From IMG/VR virus record IMGVR_UViG_3300020185_000063, positions 1 to 53,177 of that record: a stretch of 53,177 nucleotides of DNA. One strand, 5' to 3'. The DNA comes from a virus (taxonomy: Duplodnaviria; Caudoviricetes). Below the pieces are notes generated by a model. That model was not told the DNA's origin. It saw only the letters and a program-made list of their open reading frames with translations, and made no database searches. Below, one piece after another: positions 28,201 to 37,107 of the stretch. The position numbers and the translations under genes were made by a program. Positions within the stretch are counted from its first letter, which is position 1. The number at the start of each line of letters is the position of its first letter.

Positions 28201-30641
28201 ATAACTATGCTGAGCAGAGAAAAATAATCATAGACGCTTTGTATAGAGGAGAAAAGCCTCAAAGTGAAATATTATTTACTAGTGGTGGACAGCTTCAAAC
28301 TCAAGTTGATGAGAATGATGTAGTTGCAGAAAACAATATTAAAGATTTAAAGCAGGTTAAGGATAGTGGAAAAGTCCCTAACATTGCATACTCTGATATT
28401 AATGGAGAATTATATAACGCTACTAAGATTGGTGGTAAAGCAAAGAGAACTGAAGGATTTGAAAGTACACAATTAGATGTTGGTGAAGATGAGAATGGTG
28501 TAAAGAAACCTTATAAAGGTGGGCTATTTGCTATTATTAGTAAAGCTGATGGCACTCCATTTCCTGTTAGATTAAACTTTCTTAGAAATACAAATGAGCA
28601 GGCTGAAGCATTATCAGATCTACTTATAGGTATCACAGTTCCAGATAAAGCAGGTAAAGGTGCTAAGAGAAAATACAAAATGAGCAGTCCTTTATCTACA
28701 ATAGATAAAGCTACTCAGGATAAAATAAAAGCAGCAATGCCTAATGAAGTTGATTTCCTACCGGGAGATCCTACATTAAATGATTTAATTAACATGTTTG
28801 TTTACGTAAGTGAAAAGACTGAAGGATTAACATCAGGGTTGTATATGTCAGGACATAGATTATACTTCGGAAATGAAGGTAAGTATATTGGTCCTGATAA
28901 AAAGTCTGCAAGCAAAGAAGAGTTGGTTACTTTCTTACGTGATGTAAAGAGAAGACAGCTTAGTTTGAAAATGTGGAATGATACTAAGAACTATCCAGGT
29001 TATAGAGATTTTGTTATGGATAACAGAATTATCAATACCAATGTAGTAGTTGGTGAACCTGAGTTTAATGACAGTGATGAAAGAAAGGTTAAGCTGTATA
29101 TGGCTCCGCTTGTAACTAATGAAGTTCAAGAGTCTCCAGAAGTTGTAACATCTACCAATGATATTGAAGTTGGCGATCAAGGTGTTGCTAACACTATTGT
29201 AGAACAAGATAGGCCAAGTGATACTGAAATTAATGCAGCAATAGCTCAGGAGTTTCCTGGTAAGATGTATAATTATGGAATAAATAGGTTTGATGATGGA
29301 ACTGCTACAACTAAAGTTGGTGATAAACCTATTCCTCTTAATGACTTGCAAAGAATAGATGAAATTATTGACGAAGTAAATAAATTGTATTCTAAGCCTT
29401 CAGTTAATTCAAGTGAAGTTATTCAAGATGGTGATGACATTAAATCTAAAAAAGATGATATAGCTGATATAGCTGATATAGAAAGAAGAAGACAAGAAGA
29501 GTTAGATAAAACAGGTTTGTATGAGTATGACAAAAAGTTTAAAGAATTTCAAACTTATGGTAATACCATAAAAGAAGCTTTTGACAATTTATTTGAACAA
29601 GTAAAAAATAACCCAGCCAATAAAGAACTTAGTAATTTACTTGATTATATTAATGAAAGATTAGTTGCAGAAGATATACAAAAAGGTTCTGGTAAAAATC
29701 CTTTGGTTCAGGAATATATAGATGAAAATCAACAAAATATTGAAAAAGCATCTAAGTCAACTAAAAGTAGAATAAATAAAATCAACGCTAAATATGATGC
29801 TGAATTAGCTGCTCTACAACCAACACAAGCTAGTGAGGTGATTCAGGATTCTGAATGGAAAAATTTTGTAGAAAATGGTCGAGTAACAAATGGAAGCTTA
29901 CAATCAATAGCAATAGCTATTAAGAATGGCAAAACTTTAAGTCCAAGACAAACTGCTATTTTTACAGATAAAACTAGTGAAGTTGAAGAGATCCTAAAAT
30001 CATATCAACCAAAACCACAAACTAGTGATATTGAAATAAAGTATTCTCCAGTAGATATGAAGAACTACGGAAAATCTTATAAACAAGAAGATATATCTGA
30101 AGGAGGAAAAAGTATAGTGTTTAACCCGTATAGGCAAGCCTTTAAAATAAAAAATAGTGTTTTAACTGCCAATATAAATGACATTGATGGTAAAACTTTT
30201 TACCCAATATCTATAGACCTAAGCAACAATCCTGAGTACTTAGATTATCAAGAGAAAAAAGATGCACTTACTGCTGAAAGAACAAGACTAAGAGAAGCTG
30301 GAGAGAAAGGTATTGAAGATATGATTAAAGGAGTTGGAACTGTTATGAGTATGGCTCAAAAAAGAATGCTAGATTCAATAAAAAAAGAGCTTGGAAAGAA
30401 AAATAGTATTGCTTCATTTAAAGGAGGTGATCTATCTCAACCAACACAACAAAGTAGTGATACTCAAAATAGGAATAGTGATAAAAAATCATTAACTTCA
30501 CAACCATCTAAGAAATACACTAGAAAGAAAAGAAGATTAAAAGGTAAAGCTCCTAAAAAGAGTGCACCTACAAAACAAGTAGATAATAAGATTAAACCAA
30601 AAGATGAGAATGGTAAAATAGATACAGATTGCCCATTCTAA
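25266..30641 (+). CDS. giant cargo protein with N-terminal hydrophobic segments and variable C-terminal cassettes
   Basis: 1791 aa; EGAEESYQ motif and Gly-rich hydrophobic helices; directly upstream of the RNA polymerase. Confidence 0.65.
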   Translation: MEGENDINLVDSQGAEDTKTVSTEAEGNTLGNSVPTTETEDKPVSRWRDVAKKIKNGEIGNEAPIERIYDKVIDVNLDDYRDYLGPDILKPDDQGVEFLNKRRADAQSIYEQAGNFLGQAVVGEIIGGTIEGLGYMLDLGSIVDLMKGEEVEWGNFMTEFGQSIREGTEEKLRIYEDPSATGWGKMADSGWWFSNGVSVASTLSMLIPTAGAMRAASFVGKGIGFSKGAKAVRKAVGLAEEMGTKGRWMQNGISQAVLSRNIENWMEAHGTFEDQRESMMQQTNPETGEKFTEEEATRFASEAASENWKNGWAMLLQDIPQYLAIGKVFNPITRKMENALDVASKKGVSANLKPWQQKVAASGKTFVGEGAEESYQFLISERAKLKADLDAGLINQEQYDKKLSDAFGSEDMLTSAFFGGLGGNVFQGAGKLVNKLFESKSDKEYQQGLSEMYNKMVTDDAKQVSLMFNHLAEVDQNGSPMMRKAIINEMMLNMTGKALESDKFSQFYEALQNIGEMSEEDIQTLNESSDNEFSADLAKAYLPEILKSAEKMRGMYLGFRNKYNPTTSNRLARLTLENEQLSEISNKKSDQVSSIRSSIPNLTLINNYETLELQETQDVLLARNSRLKEQIKSEESDTKKKFLQSVLDLNEEELKDAQKALDLDKKARSKKQKSAKQLDAFEDANATATKPQKILSSTEEKKAKIQYLAAKEDIIEARIIQAEAEDRKLLNNEDMAYAKTPEGARKAEEVQLNTMLDKIESIEDLESLSKTIENNTTLSSETKNSIQTRVNEKIKAAKAKKAKEDLEAKQAKIKAEKKKAAKNKASNPKVAPNTVVKTPVEEAVEDENAGEEIDFEEKRLEKDDVAIEVKTGNGKTIPLFNLGNKLYKNWILNGKKKTGMKGTYDVSNEGPWKKDKNSLTSKAVADFAKAKAGQMEIPQSVYDNLPIKISFDEKGKLNAFLPSKPSNNSSAEYKERYENNYAEQRKIIIDALYRGEKPQSEILFTSGGQLQTQVDENDVVAENNIKDLKQVKDSGKVPNIAYSDINGELYNATKIGGKAKRTEGFESTQLDVGEDENGVKKPYKGGLFAIISKADGTPFPVRLNFLRNTNEQAEALSDLLIGITVPDKAGKGAKRKYKMSSPLSTIDKATQDKIKAAMPNEVDFLPGDPTLNDLINMFVYVSEKTEGLTSGLYMSGHRLYFGNEGKYIGPDKKSASKEELVTFLRDVKRRQLSLKMWNDTKNYPGYRDFVMDNRIINTNVVVGEPEFNDSDERKVKLYMAPLVTNEVQESPEVVTSTNDIEVGDQGVANTIVEQDRPSDTEINAAIAQEFPGKMYNYGINRFDDGTATTKVGDKPIPLNDLQRIDEIIDEVNKLYSKPSVNSSEVIQDGDDIKSKKDDIADIADIERRRQEELDKTGLYEYDKKFKEFQTYGNTIKEAFDNLFEQVKNNPANKELSNLLDYINERLVAEDIQKGSGKNPLVQEYIDENQQNIEKASKSTKSRINKINAKYDAELAALQPTQASEVIQDSEWKNFVENGRVTNGSLQSIAIAIKNGKTLSPRQTAIFTDKTSEVEEILKSYQPKPQTSDIEIKYSPVDMKNYGKSYKQEDISEGGKSIVFNPYRQAFKIKNSVLTANINDIDGKTFYPISIDLSNNPEYLDYQEKKDALTAERTRLREAGEKGIEDMIKGVGTVMSMAQKRMLDSIKKELGKKNSIASFKGGDLSQPTQQSSDTQNRNSDKKSLTSQPSKKYTRKKRRLKGKAPKKSAPTKQVDNKIKPKDENGKIDTDCPF

Positions 30642-30655
30642 ACTAAAATAACATT

Positions 30656-33600
30656 ATGAGTTGTAATATTTTGAATCCTGCAAATGGGAAGAAGTCCGAA
30701 TTGCATACCAAATTTCAAGAGATATTTCAAGACGATCAGGCTGCAGAAATTGCTTATGCAAAAGTTGTGGGCCCAAGTTTTAAAAGAAGGTTTGGAGATT
30801 GGGTGTATAACTACAAGAACCCAACAGATGAGAACCTAGAAAAAATAGGTGAGGTTAACGCCATGACTGGTGAACCTAAATTATTTAAAGATCCTGCCAC
30901 AAACCTTTGGTATTTCAAAGATAAGAATGGTGACAGAGACTACATTGATAAAATGAAGTTCTCTCAGTTTGAGGCACAAGAAGTCGAGCAGGTTACAAAT
31001 CACTTTCTACACAGATTTGTATTAGAAGGAGGTAAGAAATCATTTAATGAATACACTCCAGATGAACTAGAGAAGGGTAGAATTACGGCTTCTATAAACA
31101 GAAGTATTACTGCTTATGAAAAAGCTATTCAAAGCAAACCTAATAAGGATGTACTTCAAGAAAGAATAAATCTAGTTAAACAGAATAAAGAAGATTTTAA
31201 GAATGAACTTATATCATCTATCGAAAGATTAGGTGTTAAGGTACGTCAAAGAATAACTGATGCTCAAGGTAATCCTGTTACTGAAGTTGCTGAAGAAGAC
31301 AAGGGTGGTGGACTGAACATGAAAGATTCTTTTGAGACAAATTCAAAAGAGAATGCCACGGTGAATACTAAAATAATGCTTCACCAGATTGAAAACTTAG
31401 AAGAAAATGAAGATGGAGATTTAGTTCCAATTAAAGATGGTTTTTTAGAAGTAGAATCATTTGCAAACTTTGATGACGTATGGAATACTTTAAATAAAAT
31501 ACTAGTCGACACAGTAGGTTATTCTCAAGAAGAAGCTGTATTCGATGTATTCAATTTAATGCTTGATAAATTAAAAGCATACGATGAAATAAAGTTCTGG
31601 ATCAAGCCACTTGTAAACAAGTTAGAGCATTTTAGAAACTCAGGGCAGAATGAAAAGATTAATGAGTTCGTACAGGCTTTCACAAAGACACACTTAAATT
31701 TCTTAGTAACAGAAGTTAACAAAGGAAACTACACTGTAATTAATGCTACATCCACAAATAGTAGAGAATCTCAATTGACTAATCGATGGAGTAATAACTT
31801 TTACGATAAATTTACATCTGAGAATGAATTAACCGATGCAGCCAGAGGGGTCTTGAATTCTATCTACAAAGATATGGCTGCTTCTAAAAAGAAGTTTAAT
31901 GAGAAGCTGACAAAATTAAGAAGAGAATCTACCAATGTAAAATCAGAATATTTCCAAGAAGAATTATTTGAATTTTATGAAGACGCGGCAATTGAAATAA
32001 CTGACATCCTAAAAAGAATGGGTGTTACTGATGTTTACCCGCAGGATATTGACAACTTAGTTGTTATGAATGGTGGTGAAGTTAAAAAGATTGACACTAT
32101 TGATTTGCTTTATACTAGTCTTGAATGGACTATGAAAAGATTAGCTGACAAAAATGCATCATTAGAAGACAATGGAGAGAGGTTTAATATGTTTAAATAC
32201 CAAACAGGTATATTTTCATTTGCCAAAGCTGTTGCTATGAGAGAAGTCGATATGGCTGATGCTTCAGTTTTATTAAGTAATGGTAAGACGGGGTATTCAT
32301 TTTCTAATCCCACATACGTCTCTAATAAAATAAATGAATGGAAGTCTGATGGTGGCGAGCAATTAGAGAAAATGTTGTCAAAGGCAAACAAGCAAAATTC
32401 TCTTTGGATTAGACACTTACTTGCAAAGGATAAACCTAAGGGAGAAGAAAGAGAAATGGAGATGGCTAACAGGTTAGATAAATTTCAGGCAGGTTTAGAT
32501 TCATCTTTCAAATCAAAAGGTAAGAATGATGGTGTTGAGAATACTAAAATAACAATGAATGACCAAGTTAATGCTAATATTTCTCAATTACTGAATGAAG
32601 CATTAGGAGGTGGTAATAAATCTTACTTCCCAACAATCATTGCTGCAGATAAATCACGAAGAATATTATTCGAAGGATTTAATATGGAAACTTTTAATTT
32701 TTCTACATTAGATGACGGTAGCTTATACATTGATGAGAAAGCTGTTGACATTGCATTAGGATACTTTGAAGATGAGTACAGAAGAATGCAAGAGGTTTTA
32801 CGTGAGAATGAAGATGATAATATTGCAAAAGTAGTGCACTACCATGGTGAAGATGGTAATGGATTAAAATCTCAAATATTTCCTGAGTTTAGTGTGGATG
32901 GAAAAGATCCTAAATACAAAACTCTAAGAGGATTACTTTACGGAAAAGAATTTAAGGAATCAAAAGATAAATATGAAGGGCTTACTGATATTCAAAAAGA
33001 TGAATTAAGAAAGCACATCAAAGAAAATATTAAAGACAGAGTAACTGAACATACTCAAGCTGTAAGTAAATTAGCAGGATTAAACAAGAAATTGTTAAAA
33101 CACTATGAAAGCTATTCTAATCTAGCAGGTAACTATTTTATGAATGGATTAATATCCTCGGTAGAATATACAAAGTTATTTTCTGGAGATCCAGCATATT
33201 ACAAGAACACGGCAGATTTAATCAAAAGAATTCCTGCCACATATACGGATGGATTACAATTAAGATTAAAGAAAGAAGATGATTTAATTTTTAACCAGGC
33301 AACTGTTGAAGGAGTTGAGGTAGCTTCGCGATATGTTGAGAAAATTAGAGAGTCTGTAACTGACAAATCTATTGCTGATGCTTATGACAGAGTAAATACT
33401 ACTGATGCTCAAGCATGGATTACTCCTCGTCGATGGAGATTTATCAAACAAAGATTAGGTCAATGGAGTCCAATGCACGATAATGTGTATAAGAAAATGA
33501 TGACTGGAGAGACTCTAAAGGATAGAGAAATGAAATTGGTAGCTCAGCCATTAAAAGGAGTTTACTTTGAGATTAATGACAACAGGCCAGTGTATTTGAA

Positions 33601-36600
33601 ATACTCTCAAGCTGTTCTTATTCCATCTATGGTAAAAGGAACTCCAATGGAAGCACTTTATAATAAAATGGTTAATAATCCTGAGACTGGGAAGCCATAT
33701 AAAGATGGTGAGGCACACAAAGAAATACACGAAGTAATAACTATCGATGGGATTAAAGCTGGTGCTGTAACGCCTACTCCAATAAATAAAGCAGGTACAA
33801 CAGAGATGCTTCCTGAATCAGATATTGAGCTAAATGTTGTTAAGTTAAACAATAGAGGTTGGAAACTTCAACAAGATTTGCCTACTAAATTAATGCACGA
33901 CACTAATGTAGGATCTCAAATTCAAAAGAATATTCTCGAAGGTTTAGACATGAACTATGAGTATGATTTTGAAGGAGGTATGGAAGGTAGAGATTTATTA
34001 GACTCAATACATGCAACAGTATCCAAGCTGTCTAATCTTGGTGTACAAGAAATTAAAGATGAATTTAAGATTGATGAGAATGATAAGATGACTGATAAAT
34101 CTTTCATCTACAAAACACTAATCGATGAATTCAAAGACAGAGGTGGAAATGAAAACATAGTAGAAGCACTTCAAAAAGGATTGCCATTTGACTCTATACC
34201 ACAAATTAGAGGTAAAGTTGAAAGTATATTCATGTCTATAATGAATAAAAGAATAACCAAAATATCTACTTATGGTGGTTCATTTATTCAGGTATCTCCA
34301 TTTGGATTAGAAACAGTAAAAAAAGATAGTGGAATTATACCATTATCTGAAGATTTTGTAAAAGAAGGTGCATTATTACCTCCTCGTATTGAAAATGGAA
34401 AAGTACTTCCGGGACAGGCAATGATACCACATTCACAGGCTGTAAAACTGCTTAAAGAAAATGGGATTAAATTAGCTGGTAAAGATATGAAGTCTGCTAT
34501 GGCCTTATTAGATCCTAGTGCATTAGAAATGATCACATATCGTATTCCTAACCAAGGGATGTCATCTAATGATTACTTACAAATTGTTGGTGTTCTTCCT
34601 CCTGGAGCTGGAGATAGTATTGTGGTTTATGATGGACTACCTGCTAAGACTGGTAGTGACTTTGATATTGATAAGTTATTTGCTATGCAGAACCATGCCA
34701 TATACGATCCTGAAACTGGTAAAGTGACAAAACTTACAGAAGCTAATAAACATTTAGCTGTAAAGAAAAAAGGAAGAAGAGCTTATACAAATAAAGAAGG
34801 TAAAAAAATAACAGCAGTTCCAGACACAATGTATTCTGAAGCTGAGTTAAATAAAATGCTTACAGAGAATAAACTTGTAGCACAATATAAAGCTGTGTTA
34901 AATTCTCCAGCAACCTATGATGCAATGATGAGATCTATTGATGGTTCTCAATTGAAAGATGATATTGCTGGAGACAAAAAGAAAGGTATAAAAGGACTAT
35001 TCCCTGCTCCTGAAATGAGCAATATGGAATTATTCTCACCACTTACTCAGTTAAAAATCAAGAGTGAATATTTATCTGGTAAGACTGGTGTTGGTTTAAC
35101 AGCTAATCAGTTAGTTGACCACGTAATGAATCAGACACAAAATGTAAGAATGCAAAAATGGTTAGGTATTGGTAACTCTCGAATGGAAGATGTCAATGGT
35201 AAGCAAAAGAAAATAACATTCTTTGATACTGAAACAACAGACAAGCATTCAATAGCTGACAACTTATCTGCATTCCTTAACGCGTATGTTGATATTGCTA
35301 AGGATCCATATATTTCAAGAGGTAATCATAATTCAATAACAGCTAATACTACATTTATGTTATTGAGAGCTGGTGCAGATCTTAAATGGGTAAATAGATT
35401 TATAGGTCAGCCAATACTTAGGGAGCTTGCTGAATTAACATTAGAGCAACAGAGTATTACTAAAGATAGTATTATGCTAGAGGGTGATGACGGAGAGAAA
35501 TTCAAAGGTGCTCCAATAGATGAGTTGTTAGCAAAATATGCATTACCAAAGATACCGAGTAATACATCTGGAACTACTGTTGCTAATCTTAGTTCTAGTG
35601 AATTAGAGAATAACATCAAGTCTGATGGAAGCAATCGAAACTTAAACTATGAAGTATTGAAAGCATGGAGCTTTTTATCTGAGCAGGCAAAATTCTTCGG
35701 AGAAGGAGTTATAGCAGCTAAGTCAGATACAGCAGGCCCAGGAGGTAGTAATATAGACAGATTAGTTAATGACAATAAGATTAAGAAGGTTAAGAATGAA
35801 GGTGTATTAGTAGGATACATGGATAAGTTTGATGGCACAATGCTCGGAACTTATAAAAGTAATTCTCTTGATTGGGTTAAAAGTGTAATCAGAAATAGTG
35901 AGCTATTCATATCTGGTACTGCAGATGCAGAAATTGCATACAATAAAATATCATTTCAAACTGGTAATGGTAAGTTATTGACAAATGCAAAATTAGGTAA
36001 AGCGATAGATAACAATTACTATTCTTATATGATGTCAGGAACTTCATTGTTTAAAAATAGTTATAGGAACTATAAATCTATCATGGAAAATACTCCATTG
36101 AAAGTTATGAAGATGCAACAGGATATGGCTGATGATCCAAATATTAATTCCTTAATCAATGCACTTGAAATAGAAGAAAGAAATGGAATTAATTACATTG
36201 GTATCAATAACAGAAATAAACCAACGGATTATCAGAATAAAATTTACAGAGCTTGGGCTAGTCTGTATGAGACATATTATAAAAATGAAGATGGATCTGT
36301 AAACAGAGAAGATATTCATCCGGATAAGAAACTAGCTATCGACTTAGTAAGGTACGCGTATTTAAGTTCTGGATTCCAGAATAACCTTGCTCAATTCTTT
36401 ACCCACATTCCTCACCAAATACTTAAAGACTTTAATTTAAGTGGTGAGATAAGAGATGCAATTAGAAATCAAACAATGTCATCTGATGATATATTTGTTG
36501 ACCAATTTCAGAGACATAGTAAAGAAGATTCTAAGATAGTTAAGATGCTTGATGTAAAAAAAATGGAAGGTAATTCATTTGGATTTGTTTATAGGCCTGC

Positions 36601-37102
36601 ACGTAATAAGAGTCAAGAGTTTGGAACAGTAGATCCAACTACAAAAGGAAAAAACAATAGATACTTCCCTAAGTTTGTAAATGGAAAGGTATCTAACTTT
36701 AATCCACAAACACGTTGGACTTCAGTTAAAAATTACCTTTATGAAAAGAAAGGATTTGTGGAAAGAGAAGATGCAGAAGGTAAGATGATTAAGGTTCCAG
36801 TTTATGTCAGAACATTCGAACTTGGATCAAAGGATGGAAAATATCGTACATTTGAGTACAGTAAAGATACTCCATTAACAAAATCTAATGTTGATGCAAA
36901 TAACCTGACACCATGGGTTCAAAAGAAAATTGATGATTTCTTGGATAATATTAAATTAGAAAGTACCTTTAGTGACTTAAATGGGCTTGATGTAAATCAG
37001 GCGATGATTGATGCTGTTGAAACTCAAAGGGCTTCAAACAAAACAGTAGTAAGAGAAAATTTAACACAAATAATAGAGGATTATAAAATCCCTTGTAAAT
37101 AA
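30656..37102 (+). CDS. virion-packaged single-chain two-barrel RNA polymerase (phi14:2 gp66-like)
   Basis: 2148 aa; catalytic GSDFDIDK (DFDID at 34658-34672), YRIPNQG, TDAQAWI, DIAKDP motifs. Confidence 0.9.
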   Translation: MSCNILNPANGKKSELHTKFQEIFQDDQAAEIAYAKVVGPSFKRRFGDWVYNYKNPTDENLEKIGEVNAMTGEPKLFKDPATNLWYFKDKNGDRDYIDKMKFSQFEAQEVEQVTNHFLHRFVLEGGKKSFNEYTPDELEKGRITASINRSITAYEKAIQSKPNKDVLQERINLVKQNKEDFKNELISSIERLGVKVRQRITDAQGNPVTEVAEEDKGGGLNMKDSFETNSKENATVNTKIMLHQIENLEENEDGDLVPIKDGFLEVESFANFDDVWNTLNKILVDTVGYSQEEAVFDVFNLMLDKLKAYDEIKFWIKPLVNKLEHFRNSGQNEKINEFVQAFTKTHLNFLVTEVNKGNYTVINATSTNSRESQLTNRWSNNFYDKFTSENELTDAARGVLNSIYKDMAASKKKFNEKLTKLRRESTNVKSEYFQEELFEFYEDAAIEITDILKRMGVTDVYPQDIDNLVVMNGGEVKKIDTIDLLYTSLEWTMKRLADKNASLEDNGERFNMFKYQTGIFSFAKAVAMREVDMADASVLLSNGKTGYSFSNPTYVSNKINEWKSDGGEQLEKMLSKANKQNSLWIRHLLAKDKPKGEEREMEMANRLDKFQAGLDSSFKSKGKNDGVENTKITMNDQVNANISQLLNEALGGGNKSYFPTIIAADKSRRILFEGFNMETFNFSTLDDGSLYIDEKAVDIALGYFEDEYRRMQEVLRENEDDNIAKVVHYHGEDGNGLKSQIFPEFSVDGKDPKYKTLRGLLYGKEFKESKDKYEGLTDIQKDELRKHIKENIKDRVTEHTQAVSKLAGLNKKLLKHYESYSNLAGNYFMNGLISSVEYTKLFSGDPAYYKNTADLIKRIPATYTDGLQLRLKKEDDLIFNQATVEGVEVASRYVEKIRESVTDKSIADAYDRVNTTDAQAWITPRRWRFIKQRLGQWSPMHDNVYKKMMTGETLKDREMKLVAQPLKGVYFEINDNRPVYLKYSQAVLIPSMVKGTPMEALYNKMVNNPETGKPYKDGEAHKEIHEVITIDGIKAGAVTPTPINKAGTTEMLPESDIELNVVKLNNRGWKLQQDLPTKLMHDTNVGSQIQKNILEGLDMNYEYDFEGGMEGRDLLDSIHATVSKLSNLGVQEIKDEFKIDENDKMTDKSFIYKTLIDEFKDRGGNENIVEALQKGLPFDSIPQIRGKVESIFMSIMNKRITKISTYGGSFIQVSPFGLETVKKDSGIIPLSEDFVKEGALLPPRIENGKVLPGQAMIPHSQAVKLLKENGIKLAGKDMKSAMALLDPSALEMITYRIPNQGMSSNDYLQIVGVLPPGAGDSIVVYDGLPAKTGSDFDIDKLFAMQNHAIYDPETGKVTKLTEANKHLAVKKKGRRAYTNKEGKKITAVPDTMYSEAELNKMLTENKLVAQYKAVLNSPATYDAMMRSIDGSQLKDDIAGDKKKGIKGLFPAPEMSNMELFSPLTQLKIKSEYLSGKTGVGLTANQLVDHVMNQTQNVRMQKWLGIGNSRMEDVNGKQKKITFFDTETTDKHSIADNLSAFLNAYVDIAKDPYISRGNHNSITANTTFMLLRAGADLKWVNRFIGQPILRELAELTLEQQSITKDSIMLEGDDGEKFKGAPIDELLAKYALPKIPSNTSGTTVANLSSSELENNIKSDGSNRNLNYEVLKAWSFLSEQAKFFGEGVIAAKSDTAGPGGSNIDRLVNDNKIKKVKNEGVLVGYMDKFDGTMLGTYKSNSLDWVKSVIRNSELFISGTADAEIAYNKISFQTGNGKLLTNAKLGKAIDNNYYSYMMSGTSLFKNSYRNYKSIMENTPLKVMKMQQDMADDPNINSLINALEIEERNGINYIGINNRNKPTDYQNKIYRAWASLYETYYKNEDGSVNREDIHPDKKLAIDLVRYAYLSSGFQNNLAQFFTHIPHQILKDFNLSGEIRDAIRNQTMSSDDIFVDQFQRHSKEDSKIVKMLDVKKMEGNSFGFVYRPARNKSQEFGTVDPTTKGKNNRYFPKFVNGKVSNFNPQTRWTSVKNYLYEKKGFVEREDAEGKMIKVPVYVRTFELGSKDGKYRTFEYSKDTPLTKSNVDANNLTPWVQKKIDDFLDNIKLESTFSDLNGLDVNQAMIDAVETQRASNKTVVRENLTQIIEDYKIPCK

Positions 37103-37107
37103 AAGTT

